A DNA stretch of 54,569 nt, counting the filler, from Sphacelaria rigidula (taxonomy: Eukaryota), in assembly GCA_964200075.2 (NCBI GenBank). It is 2 parts of 2 records of this genome, joined end to end, with 100 filler letters (N's around TTAATTAATTAA, not from the genome) between each part and the next. Parts side by side here need not be neighbours in the genome. Positions count along the whole stretch, not along the records: positions 27,341 to 54,569 come from CAXNAA020000124.1; 1 more part is not named here. One strand, 5' to 3'. Positions within the stretch are counted from its first letter, which is position 1. Each line of letters begins with the position of its first letter. The position numbers and the translations under genes are program-made. Positions 40,768 to 52,305 of the stretch are shown piece by piece. The notes beneath the pieces were generated by a model. That model saw nothing but the letters and a program-made list of their open reading frames with translations, ran no database searches and was not told the DNA's origin.

Positions 40768-41172
40768 GTAACCATGACGGTGGTCGAACTAGATCCTATT
40801 GTGCGGGGCGGGAGAACTTTATTTCATCGCGAAGGGGATGATAATACTACGTAGTGTTTATATGGTGAGACACCCATGAAACAGTGTGTAAGCCGTAGCT
40901 GTCTCTAGAAGTGGCAATACCAAACAAATGAAGCAACTTACTGTAGGCAGTCATCCCAATGCAAGATGGTCAGTACGCTTCGGGTCGAACAATCTTGGCA
41001 GGATGTAGCTCTCCCTTCATGCGACTCACCGAACACATCACGGCGCCTCGCGCTTGGTGATCGATTGGGAGCCTGGTCCGGCGAAAACCCGGCGAGCTCC
41101 GTTCATGCTTTGTAGGGACGCGATATCAATGGTGATGTGACGACGGCATGCAAGATCATTAGCTCACCCCCC
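40768..41172 (+). mobile_element. SINE-like family B, second full-length copy
   Basis: Colinear with 13460-13852 (shared CAGTACGCTTCGGGTCGAACAATCTT and CCGAACACATCACGGCGC). Ends in a C run; a short fragment lies at ~40600-40650. Confidence 0.75.
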
Positions 41173-41809
41173 ACCGCGCGGGCCTCTACTGCGGTGTTCA
41201 CACATCCTGCCATGTATGGCGCACCCCACTGTACAGAACGTTTGCGCAGCTGCAACACGCGATTATTTTACTACTGACTGCACTGACTGCACTGACTGTG
41301 CACTAGGTGCCCAAAATGACACAGATGGAGGACTATACTGACTGTGCAGTCGAATAGTCCAGTACCGCGACACGCATAGGTGCATGATAACTTCACACGT
41401 GCGACATGTGAAACATCTGTTCAACGTAGAAAGAATTTGCCGAGCATATGCAGGAGACCCGTTCATTTGAAACTATATTGGCACAGTACACTGTGTAGAA
41501 CGTTCTCAGATTATCTGCTAATCAAGAAACACTGCTTTCGGGCGATATCAGACATGTGTAAGTTTCTGCACATGTAGGCACGTCAAGGGCAAGGTGGTCG
41601 AAGATCCTCGTCACATACGATAAACACTAGTTGACCCAACTTCCTCTCCAAAACCTGTCACACAAGTCTCACGCTGCTCCTCTGTAGTGTTAGGCTGACC
41701 GATTGGCACCAGGTTGAACTTCTCAAATATGAGTGCATACATATGCGGCACGGGCAAGCATATGCTTGGCCATCCCTCGCTTCGTGAAACGAAAGGAACG
41801 CACGCTTGA

Positions 41810-42615
41810 GGGCCCTTTTTGCCAGGGGATTGGCCCCATAATCACCAGTCCCGAGTCCTAGCGAGAAGCAGTTTCGTACAGATTGGGCCCCAGATCTGCA
41901 CGCAGGTTCAGAAAATCGGCGGTCCTGGAAGTGGTCGTTAGTGCAAGGTCTGTGTCATGCTGCAGATAAGACGCAACAAGGCAACACAATACCTACACAC
42001 CCAGCCCCGAAGAAACACGCACAGACACCCACCACTCACGCTCATTAGTTTCACTGCCAGCTAGCCCTTGCTAATCATCTACACAGGGCAATCTTTGTTT
42101 GACGCAAATTCGTCCTGTATTGGACGAATGGCGGCCGCGCGCGTGTCAGAAACAACCGAAAACGTATCCTTGCTCACCGTTTTGTAAGTGTGCGCCGTGC
42201 GCGCGTCTCACACAAAGAAATATTCCTCATTGAACTCTAAACAGATTTGAACCAGGTCACGCACAACGTGCACAGCTCATGAGCAGCTACGGCTCGAGCA
42301 GTGTGGTTTTGGTTCGTAGGGCCACGAAGCTCCTCAGGTTCAGCTCTGATTGTCTTGGGTTGTGGGGTGAGCCTTTGCATGTGCCCCTGTCTACGGGACA
42401 TGTGTCTTCCCCTTCGACGTGCACAGAAATCCCCTTTCGAAAAGGAGATTTCAGGAAGTATTGTTGCACTCCCTGGAATTCCTTCAAAAACAGGATTTTC
42501 TGTGCACGTTGAGGGGATTTTTTCTGGGGGGTGGCATTGCATCGGCGAATCAGCGGTCGTTTTCCAAGAAAAGGATTTTAAACAAGGGGATAATCCTCTT
42601 CGTCAAGGAGGGCCC
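41810..42615. mobile_element. ~0.8-kb non-autonomous DNA element with GGGCCC ends, copy 2 (inverted relative to copy 1)
   Basis: Own termini GGGCCCTTTTTG / CAAGGAGGGCCC. Body is the reverse complement of 33288-34147. Confidence 0.75.
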
Positions 42616-44584
42616 CGGACAGTGAACGTCACCAACGCAATGCCGCCCGTCCAACCATCAATACCGCAGTGCGTCACGATAGTTGCTACACGCTCTTCGG
42701 CCTCACGCTAGCGGAGCAGACAGCGTGCCTTGCTCTTTGTGACCACCGTACCGCGCAGTGGTGTATGGAGAGGGTACTGTAATCGACGCTGAACAGCCAG
42801 CTTGTGCAACTCCGGTCATGAACATTTAGTGCTACTCGTGCGTGCGAGCGTCTTGTATATGTTATGATTCAAGTGTGGCATTTTCTCCAGCCAGTCACCC
42901 TTGATATCATTTGGGCTGTTGTTTGGCGTCGCATGCAGCCTCTTCAACCGACACTTGACACCATTCCGTGATATGCTATGACGGCGAGCTCTCCCTCACA
43001 ACTGACGGTGAGGAAGAGGACAGTGTAGGTGGTAAGGGTCATTACAAAAGGTGGCGGCGCGCGGACAAACGAGAAGCAGACCGCCGTCACAAATGAGAGG
43101 CTGCTGCGTCGGTGGCCGCCCATCGAAGAATCCTGTCTGCTCTTACCGATTGTTGACTATGTCCTCAGTCGGTGGCTCTGCGGTGTCCATTGGTGTGTCT
43201 GTATCTATTCTGCTGCCCTGAATATATTTTTTCACTTCTTCATTTGAGATCGGCCATTTCTTTCTGTGCTTTGCTTCTGTTGACTCGAGTCTTTTGTTTT
43301 TTTCACGTCTTCGTCTACTGTGTCGTTTTGTTCGACTTTTTCCTGCCCTTTATTTTTCTTCAGCGAGTGTTTCAACATTTCTGGGTACGGTTATCATGTG
43401 ACCACTGCTTGATCCCTGGGGGGTCAGTTAAAGTGCAACAATTGATCAATCAATCAATCAATCAGTCAAATCCCATAGAAACTGAGCACTATTTCTTGAA
43501 AGTAGTCGCATCTTCCCGTACCGTCGGTCGATAGGTTGACACTGTGCTACTTCGCACAGTGGGAGTCCCACCACAGAGCAGGCAGAATCACGGATCACAA
43601 GTCTGATCCGTTACAGTGATACAAGTAACTGCACTTAACCAGTGCAGTGCAGTGATCCAGCATAGTGCGGTCATGCCTGCCCTGCGATCCACCCTACTCG
43701 GCTGGGACCCTCACAGGATGTAAATATTCCATACCCAGGATGGCGTAAACTACACATTGCAATGACTGGAATGTATCACGCCCTGGACAAAACAACAACT
43801 AATATATACTGCCCGCTCAATATGTCGGCGCGTCAGGTGGTCAATATATGTTGGGGGAGCATATGGTGGCACGAGAGACAGGTCAATATATATTGTGTCA
43901 TCAACATGTTTTCGACTCGCGACATGCAATGTATATATCGACCGAACAATTTATTACGACACGCTCCACCTCAACGTGTATTTGTCGAGTAACATATTGG
44001 CTGCCATACGGGGTCAATGTACGAAGTATAGTGACGCTTTAATTTACGCAACACCCGAAGCACTGATATATATTGCCACCCCAATATGTCGTGCGTTAAT
44101 GCGTCCAATATATGTTGGGCGAACAGCACACCAGAGAATCGATCGTCACAAATTACTTTAAATTCAGTTGGTGAATTTGGTTTCTGCTCCGGGTGAAAAA
44201 TTCGACTAAGCGGTTTGTTGCGACTTTTGTTTGCTACATTTTTTCCACTCTAAAACCTCTATTGATTTGGGTTTTGGAGGGGAAAACTTTGGCAAACATA
44301 AACCCAACGTATCTTGCTCCAAGGGGCACCTGGACACACAGCAGTTGCTGCTGCCTACCTAGTACCATGTCCAAATCGAAGTCTTGAGTGACAACGCCCG
44401 GCGTTTGGTGCCTATGTACATGGATGACAAAGTGAGTTCCGGCTGCCGATGTCTACAACGACAGTGATCGGCCGCGCGTATATCTACATGTCACCATTAT
44501 GCTGAACTGCGACACAACACAGGGAGAGGGTTGCGAAGGGAAATGTTGTGGACTTGGTGTGGCCAAAAGGAAAATCCAACATTA

Positions 44585-44781
44585 GAGGGTTTCGGAAAAA
44601 GCTTTGACATTTCAGAGTGCAAATATCTCAGGATCAGAGTACAGAATAAAAAAAACACACCTCATCCCAAAAACGTTGAGGGGATACCACATTTGACGGA
44701 AGGAGAAACTTTTTTTCGCTACACTCTCATCCTGAAAAAATTGCACTCTGAAATGACAAAAAAGCGTTCTCCGAAACTCTC
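44585..44781. mobile_element. MITE with GAG(G/A)GTTTCGGA termini
   Basis: GAGGGTTTCGGAAAAAGC...TTTCAGAGTGCAA versus TTGCACTCTGAAA...GCGTTCTCCGAAACTCTC. Related ends at 22697-22740 and 23671-23714. Confidence 0.6.
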
Positions 44782-45161
44782 TATTGAGGTAGTCGCCGTT
44801 CCCAAATGAAATCTACGTAAAGCGGTGCTTGTTTAGTTGTATTCAACATACAGACAGTACAGACAGTACAGTGCTGGCTTGTACTGTCTGCACAGTATGT
44901 GTGTTGGGCCAGTTCATTGCCAACACATTGCAAAGCCATATCTGCCAACAATGATGCTGTACGAGGAATATCATCGGGTTCGCCGCCTCGCTTGTTCATC
45001 ACTTCTTTCCTCCACGAACATGCTCTTCTCCACTTCCTTCGACGTACCCCTTCCACCTACCTTTTCGGTATACCCTGCGCAAGCGAACGCTGCCGACATG
45101 CACGTGCGGTGCAGTATAGCAACTACTTCACGACCCCCTGAATCAATTGAACCTGGAAGCG

Positions 45162-45716
45162 CCCTGGACAAAGGGCAACCTATATATATATTGGTGGATA
45201 AATACATTTCGATTCAAGATGTGAATTGGAAAGTGTACAGGAATGAAGATGTTGAACATTTTGTGTTGGCAGGCGCCATCGAAAGATGTATCACCAGATG
45301 CCGAAAATGCTCAATATATCCCTCCGTGAGCGTCTCCAGTTTATATCAGCTGACAATCGCTGTGCGATAAGCTTGCGCAATACATGTTGGAAATGAAATA
45401 CTTTTGCATGGTTTGTGTTCAAAATGTATAACGGCAACAGTATGTTACGCATCGTATCAAGTCAAAATATATTGACACCTTGATTTAAGCACGGCCTGCG
45501 TGAGCAATATATAGTGAATGTTTTGTTCCCGGAGCAAATGCATGTCCGATGTATATTTTCCTGCATCACTTCGCTGTCATGACATGAGAAATATGTATTG
45601 TTGCTTCAATGTCTCCGGGGACATCTAATTACAAAATATAGTTCGAAGGGGAAATATTGGCTCTGTCTCCAATATTAAGAATGATATTATATTGCAACAT
45701 ATTATATTGTCCAGGG
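45162..45716. mobile_element. Putative AT-rich MITE with CCCTGGACAA termini
   Basis: CCCTGGACAA (45162-45171) / TTGTCCAGGG (45707-45716), with many AATATA motifs inside. No clear TSD. Confidence 0.45.
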
Positions 45717-48492
45717 TACAAGCAACACGGCACCGGTGACCAGAGGGATGCCTAAAGACGCATAACGGCCCGCGTTTTCTGCCACCGCACTGTTTATCCA
45801 CGATATATTCCGTACCGTGAAGGGAATGGGAGGCACCGCACCGGTGGCCAGATAGGTATCAGCAGGTATATAGATGTACCAGGTTGCCTTTTCTGTCACC
45901 ATATTTTCCGGCCGAAGTATATATATATATATATATATGTATATATCAAACTCATTACACAACTCTCCGTAGCCATGCACGCGAACTTCTGCAGCTTCCT
46001 TTCAAGGTTTTTCCAATCTTCACGGGCTCCGGGATCCATCGCGCCTGGATCTTTTTCAAAGCGTACACCATACCTATTATATTGCATGACCTTGAAGGTT
46101 TGCGGGGCCTTGCGAAGCCGATGTCCGTGCAGGAGTTTGGCGATTGCCGTCTTGACGACCTCCCGTACACTGGTTGTTGCCGCAACGGGTTGACGCGGCA
46201 AGACGGCGCAGTCATTGTCCCTCGACCCCTGCGAAATCTCACAAGTGTCCCCATCGTCTAACCTCGCCGAGCCACCACCAGACTCGCCGCCAGCGGTCGG
46301 TCGACCAGCGTTACTTAGAAATTCGTCCATCTCCTACTGGTTTCGACTGTCGCTTTTTTTACGCAAATGGTCGCCTTGCTCTCCCGTTATGCGGTGAAGG
46401 GAAGGGGGTTGGGTGGCCTGTAGGGGGCAGAGAGCCACAGAGGTATGCTTTTCCGTGGGCAGCTCGCAGCCATTCACTATTGTTGCAGCTGACAACCACA
46501 AAATAGTACATACCCTGGAAGCTGATTAGCTCGTAAACAACAGAGGTATCTCAAACTCTAGGCTCCCGGTATATAATAGTAGTTTACAGTAAAAAATACC
46601 AGAACTTCGAGTTTGAAATATCTCCAACGCTCCTGGTTTGTTTGCTGGCTCTGGGTGACGGCCTTGTTTCAAGTAAAAGTGATTCCGATTCATCAGTCAG
46701 CGCAACCTCACAGCCGAAGGGTCAGGCAAATGATGAATCGGATCACTTTCTCTCGAAGAATTACTCCGAAATATCCCGAAGGGACGACGCAACACTCTCG
46801 TCTTTTTTTTTCCTCGGCATGATTCGAGATGACCCTCGTATAAACAGTCTGCACGCCAACAAAAAATGTAATATTTACTTGTTGAATTACCCTGGATAAG
46901 AGATTCGTTGAACGGACTGATTTTCAGTTCTTGGATAAAATGGTTTGGTGAAGCATGTACTCGACATCAATGCGCCCACCCCATGTGTACTGGGTTGGTG
47001 ATATGTTGTAACACTCGCTATCCCGATATATATACTTGTACTGGTACCCCTGAACGGGTACTGATATACTGACCGGGCAATATAGTCGCACCCATACAAC
47101 CCCAATATATATTGACCGGCCAGTACATACTGAACTTTCGCAGAGGCAGTAGAGTAATCACAGCAGCAAAAAATCACGGGGGTTATTTTTTGCTCAGTCG
47201 CTTCAGGTCTTGCCGAAGCCAAAGTTTGATCAAAATATTTTAGCAAATCCTTGCTGGTGTGATTTGGATGTCGATCTCTACACTCGCGTTTCTGTGTCGC
47301 CAGCGTTGGCAAGGTGTTTGCAACAGATGAGCAACTGATTCTATGTAGAGGCTTACACAGCCACCGCAATGACACCTGTGGTACATGAAATACCTCTCTT
47401 TCGAGTTTTACTGTCCAATAGGTCAAGATCGCCGTGACGCTTCTCACTAGCCATGATACGACCCGTGCATCTCTGCTGGCGCTGTTGAACATGAAAGCTG
47501 ACCGCCTCTCACCGCGCGCGCCTGTTCAAATGCGTACCCAAGGATGTAGTGTACGCGGCGCTGCACAGCAATCACTCACCCTATCGGTAACATTGTCTGG
47601 CTATTCACTATGTCCAACATCTCCTAGTGGGCTCGTCCTGTCTGCTCTGCGAGCCCTGTGGTTTTTATATGAATACGTCAGGTCTCCTTGATACAGCTGA
47701 GCATGCCTTGACATCGGCATCCTGGTTCACATATTTTATGCAGCAGGGCTATGCTCTCGTGCGACACAAGTGCTTGATCAGCTTTCGACCCCTATTGCAA
47801 TCCTGTAGAAGCCGCCGCGCCCCGGTGGAGTGATGGTCCGACTGTCGCCATCGGGGTGGAAATTACAAGGGTTTGATTCCTGATGCGTTGTTTTATTCTT
47901 CGTATTGCCTGATTTCCACCGTGGAAAGTGTGAGAACGTGAGTAAAGTAAGTAGTCGACGGAGTTTGTGTGACGTGAGTTGACGTTGTGCGAGAGTGCTG
48001 ATAGTCATGACCCAATGGGCAAGGCACAAATGCAAGGGTCGTATCTTTGGAGAGATGGGTTGATCCCGTGAGACCACAGACTCATCCCGAGGCAGGGAAG
48101 GGTTTCAAAGTGCGACGAAAAAGAAAAATTAGAAGAAGACGACGTCCCAATCGCTCGAATCGTCTTGTGAGTAGTACTGTACTTGTTGGCGTCAGTTTGC
48201 ATGAAGCGTGGTCTGAGTTGGTTGCAGTCAGCTGCTTTTTCACCAGAGAATGTGCCGCTATAACAGTAACATCGGTTCTCCACAGCGTTTCCGCTCTCTG
48301 TTACCCACGCTTCACGAGGTGTTTGCCGCCGTCTGTTTGTGCTACTGTGACCAGCTGATTTCAACACCCGACGCGACAGGGCTGATCGACGACGTCACGA
48401 GGTAGTGCATCAGCAAGGCCGGGTACAAGTCACCCCGAGGCTTCTACAAGGCTACAAGGCGGAGTTCTCCCAAGCACGCCAGGAAGGGAAGG

Positions 48493-51219
48493 GTGAATGT
48501 GGGGAAAGAGAGGTGCGGCGGCGGGGGTTGCTACACGTGTGCGTTGTATGGTGTACCGGGGAGCAAGAAGGCAGAGCCCTGCTCCAAGCATGACACGGCG
48601 GGAATTGTAAATGTGGTGGATAAGAGGTGCGGCTACGAGGGCTGCTCTACGCGTCCATCGTATGGTGTAGCCGAAAGCAAGAGAGCGGAGTTCTGCTCCA
48701 AGCACGCCAGGGCGGGAATGGTGAATGTGGTGGATAAGAGTTGCCGCTACGAGGGCTGCTCCACGCGTCCATCGTATGGTGTAACCGAAAGCAAGAAAGC
48801 AGAGTTCTGCTCCAAGCACGCCAGGGCGGGAATGGTGAATGTGGTGGATAAGAGGTGCGGCTACGAGAGCTGCTCCACGCGTCCATCGTATGGTGTAGCG
48901 AGAAGCAAGAAAGCAGAGTTCTGCTCCAAGCATGCCAGCGCGGGAATGGTAAATGTGGTGGATAAGAGGTGCGGCTACGAGGGCTGCTCCACGCGTCCAA
49001 CGTATGGTGTAGCGGGGAGCAAGAAAGCGGAGTTCTGTTCCAAGCATGCCAGGGCGGGAATGGTGAACGTGGTGCGCAAGAAGTGCGGCTACGAGGGCTG
49101 CTCCACGCGTTCATCTTATGGTGTGAAGGAACGCACAGAGGCGGAGTTCTGTTTCAAGCACGTCAGGGAGGGAATGGTGAATGTGGTGGATAAGAGGTGC
49201 GGCTACGAGGGCTGCTTCATGCACCCATCGTATGGTGTAGCGGGAAGCAAGAAGGCGGAGTTCTGTTCCCAGCACGCCAGGGCGGGAATGATAAGTGTGG
49301 TGGATAAGACGTGCCGCTACGAGGGCTGCTCCACGCGTTCGACGTATGGTACAGCGGGAAGCAAGAGAGCGGAGTTCTGCTCCAAGCACGCCAGGGCAGG
49401 AATGGTGAATGTCGTGGATAAGAAGTGCGGCTACGAAGGCTGCTCTACGCGTCCGTCGTATGGTGTAGCCGAAAGCAAGAAAGCAGAGTTCTGTTTCAAG
49501 CACGCCAGGGCGGGAATGGTGGATGTGGCGAACAAGAGGTGCGGCTACGAGGGCTGCTCCACGCGTCCATCGTATGGTGTAGCGGGAAGCAAGAAAGCAG
49601 AGTTCTGCTCCGACCACGTCAGCGCGGGAATGGTAAATGTGGTGGGCAAGAGGTGCAGCAACGAGGGCTGCTCCACGCGTCCATCGTATGGTGTAGCGGG
49701 GAGCAAGAAGGCGGAGTTCTGCTGCAAACATGCCAGGGCGGGAATGGTGAACGTGGTGCGCAAGAAGTGCGGCTACGAGGGCTGCTCAACGCGTTCATCT
49801 TATGGTGTGAAGGAACGCACAGAGGTAGAGTTCTGTTTCACGCACGTCAGGGAGGGAATGGTGAATGTGGTAGATAAGAGGTGCCGCTACGAGGGCTGCT
49901 TCATGCACCCATCGTATGATGTAGCGGGAAGCAAGAAGGCGGAGTTCTGCTGCAAGCATGCCAGGGCGGGAATGTTGAATGTGGCGAACAAGAGGTGCGG
50001 CTACGAAGGCTGCTCTTCGCGTCCATCGTATGGTGTAGCGGGAAGAAATACGGCGAAGTTCTGCCCTAAGCACGCCAGGGTGGGAATAGTGAATGTGACG
50101 AACAAGAGGTTTGCCTACGAAGGCTGCTCCACGCGTCCATCGTATGGTGTAGCCGAAAGCAAGAAAACGGAGTTCTGTTCCGAGCACGCCAGGGCGGGAA
50201 TGGTGAATGTGGTGGAGAAGAGGTGCGGCTATGAGGGCTGCTCCACGCACCCATCGTATGGTGTAGCGGGAAGCAAGAAGGCGGAGTTCTGCTGCAAGCA
50301 TGCCAGGGCGGGAATGGTGAATGTGGTGGGTGAGAAGTGCCCTTACGAGGGCTGCTCTACGCGTCCAACGTATGGTGTTGCGGGGAGCACTAAAGCGGAG
50401 TTCTGCTGCAAGCATGCCAGGGCGGGAATGGTGAATGTGGCGAACAAGAGGTGCGGCTACGAGGGCTGCTTTACGCGTCCATCGTATGGTGTAGCCGGGA
50501 GCAAGAAGGCGAAGTTCTGCTCCAAGCATGCCAGGGCGGGAATGGTAAATGTGGTGGGCAAGAAGTGCGGCTACGAGGGCTGCTCCAAACGCGCTATCGA
50601 CGCGAAGCAAAGCGTTCATGAGTTGAAGTTTTGCGGGCGGCACGCTAGTGCAAACAACACAGCTACGGTGTCGGGCACCACGAAGCTCAGCATTGGGGGG
50701 GGCACCCCCGGCTGTAGCCTGACGGCGGGCGACGGAAAAAGCATTGCTGATGTGCAAAGAGGGAAACGCAAGCGTGCAGCGGTCTCGGGTTCCGTTGCCA
50801 ACGACAATGCTGGTGTTCACCGTGGTATGTACTCCGGTCTCAGGCAGAGTGTGAGAACGACATTGCCTTCGGGGCACTTACCTTCAATGGCTGAGGGTAA
50901 AGTGGTTTTGGGCGCAAGGGCAGGAACAGGAATGAAGGTGGAATTGGCAATGCCTTCTTCCACACACGGTGGCGATGGTGTGAGGGTGTATCGCGAGCAC
51001 GCTGCTCCTTCGAGTGGTTGGAGCAGCAAACGTGGTGATGGTGGCTTCATGGTCAGTGGTGAAGGGAGTACGGGGCGGCTTTGCGGTTCGCTGGCAGTGG
51101 TACGTGAACGTCTGGGCACATCTGATGGCGTGGACTTTGAAGAGGCAGGGGAGAACCCGAACGTGAAGTTGGAGCTACGAATGTCTTGTCCATTCCCTCG
51201 GACATCCGGTACACGGTAG
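48493..51219 (+). CDS. EsV-1-7-like cysteine-rich tandem repeat protein (~19 x 38 aa); true start uncertain (first in-frame ATG 48718)
   Basis: 908-codon open frame. 114-bp repeats at 48499-50664 with consensus VVDKRCGYEGCSTRPSYGVAGSKKAEFCSKHARAGMVN (C-x4-C-x16-C-x2-H), then a non-repetitive tail. Confidence 0.88.
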   Translation: MNVGKERCGGGGCYTCALYGVPGSKKAEPCSKHDTAGIVNVVDKRCGYEGCSTRPSYGVAESKRAEFCSKHARAGMVNVVDKSCRYEGCSTRPSYGVTESKKAEFCSKHARAGMVNVVDKRCGYESCSTRPSYGVARSKKAEFCSKHASAGMVNVVDKRCGYEGCSTRPTYGVAGSKKAEFCSKHARAGMVNVVRKKCGYEGCSTRSSYGVKERTEAEFCFKHVREGMVNVVDKRCGYEGCFMHPSYGVAGSKKAEFCSQHARAGMISVVDKTCRYEGCSTRSTYGTAGSKRAEFCSKHARAGMVNVVDKKCGYEGCSTRPSYGVAESKKAEFCFKHARAGMVDVANKRCGYEGCSTRPSYGVAGSKKAEFCSDHVSAGMVNVVGKRCSNEGCSTRPSYGVAGSKKAEFCCKHARAGMVNVVRKKCGYEGCSTRSSYGVKERTEVEFCFTHVREGMVNVVDKRCRYEGCFMHPSYDVAGSKKAEFCCKHARAGMLNVANKRCGYEGCSSRPSYGVAGRNTAKFCPKHARVGIVNVTNKRFAYEGCSTRPSYGVAESKKTEFCSEHARAGMVNVVEKRCGYEGCSTHPSYGVAGSKKAEFCCKHARAGMVNVVGEKCPYEGCSTRPTYGVAGSTKAEFCCKHARAGMVNVANKRCGYEGCFTRPSYGVAGSKKAKFCSKHARAGMVNVVGKKCGYEGCSKRAIDAKQSVHELKFCGRHASANNTATVSGTTKLSIGGGTPGCSLTAGDGKSIADVQRGKRKRAAVSGSVANDNAGVHRGMYSGLRQSVRTTLPSGHLPSMAEGKVVLGARAGTGMKVELAMPSSTHGGDGVRVYREHAAPSSGWSSKRGDGGFMVSGEGSTGRLCGSLAVVRERLGTSDGVDFEEAGENPNVKLELRMSCPFPRTSGTR

Positions 51220-51764
51220 ATCACACCGTTTGTTGTAGCGATCTCGTTGCTGAGATTACCCGAGGAGAATGTCGGTGTGTTTTCTCGTATGTCGTCAGCG
51301 GTCTCGAAGGGCAACTGGTCCGCAGGGTTGCTTTTGTTCTCTCAATGCATACCTATTCCTGAGCTTGTAGGGTCTTGGTAATCTAGCACCACGTTCCACC
51401 TGATTCTCATGTAGGCGCAGTTACCATACCTGCTTCGATCGTGTGCTTTAGTAGCAAGTTGCCGAGGGCTGGCAGAGAGACGACGTACGCTACAGTAGTA
51501 GAGGTGACTGTCCAAATTAAGGCACGGTTATGGCACCTTACGGGGAAAACTCTGGTTCGTGGGAACCACCACACGTAGAACAATGACCAGAGTATCCGGA
51601 GAGAGACACTTCAGTCGTTTATCACCCAAGCGTTTCAAAATCAATAAATAGCCAAAGCAGTTTGCAGGAGTGGATGTGGAGTATGGCTCTATTGACGTTA
51701 AAAATGCGGCCAGAACACCCTCTGTTTCAATTACGGTACACTTTACCCAGCAGTTGATTTCCCG

Positions 51765-52305
51765 CGGCCTTAGACGGTTCAGACCTTCTCTTTTGGTACA
51801 AACATTTATGAGATCAGTGCGGTCCGTTACAAAGCAAATAAATGAATAGAAAATAACATTATTTTATTCGGGGATGAAAATCGCGCATCCCATGGTGTTC
51901 GGAACAACTTTCGCCATGACGTCGGTTTTTGGCAACGCCGTACTCGACGAAAACGTTTTTCTCCCTTTGTTTTTTCTTTTTCAACCCATTGGTATACATT
52001 TTGATAGTATTCTCCCGAAGTTTGATGTTCATCGGTTACGCTTACGCTAGTTCATGACGTACGTTGAGTGGTGCCCCCCAATCACTCATTTTTAACCAGA
52101 AATCGATAATGACCAAGAAAATGGAACACCTGAGACGTTTCAGACCGTTTCCTTTGGTCCAAATGTTTTTACGACTATTGCGGTCTGTTTTTCAGAGAAG
52201 ACAAAAAGGTGGGGATAAAAATGGCCCATCCCCAAGTGTTCGGGATAAATTTGTCCATCAAGTCAGTGTTGGGCAACGCCGTACTCGACGAAAACGTCGT
52301 TTTTC
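51765..52305. repeat. Diverged direct repeat, two ~190-bp copies ~350 bp apart
   Basis: Both copies contain GGCAACGCCGTACTCGACGAAAACGT and AGACG.TTCAGACC. Confidence 0.7.

Noticed and set aside
48499-50664. CRISPR-like array
   Set aside because: Units are contiguous coding repeats with no unique spacers, and the context is eukaryotic.
48430-50877. Long antisense and alternate-frame ORFs over the repeat array
   Set aside because: Shadows of the 114-bp repeat. The + frame carries the conserved Cys/His pattern.
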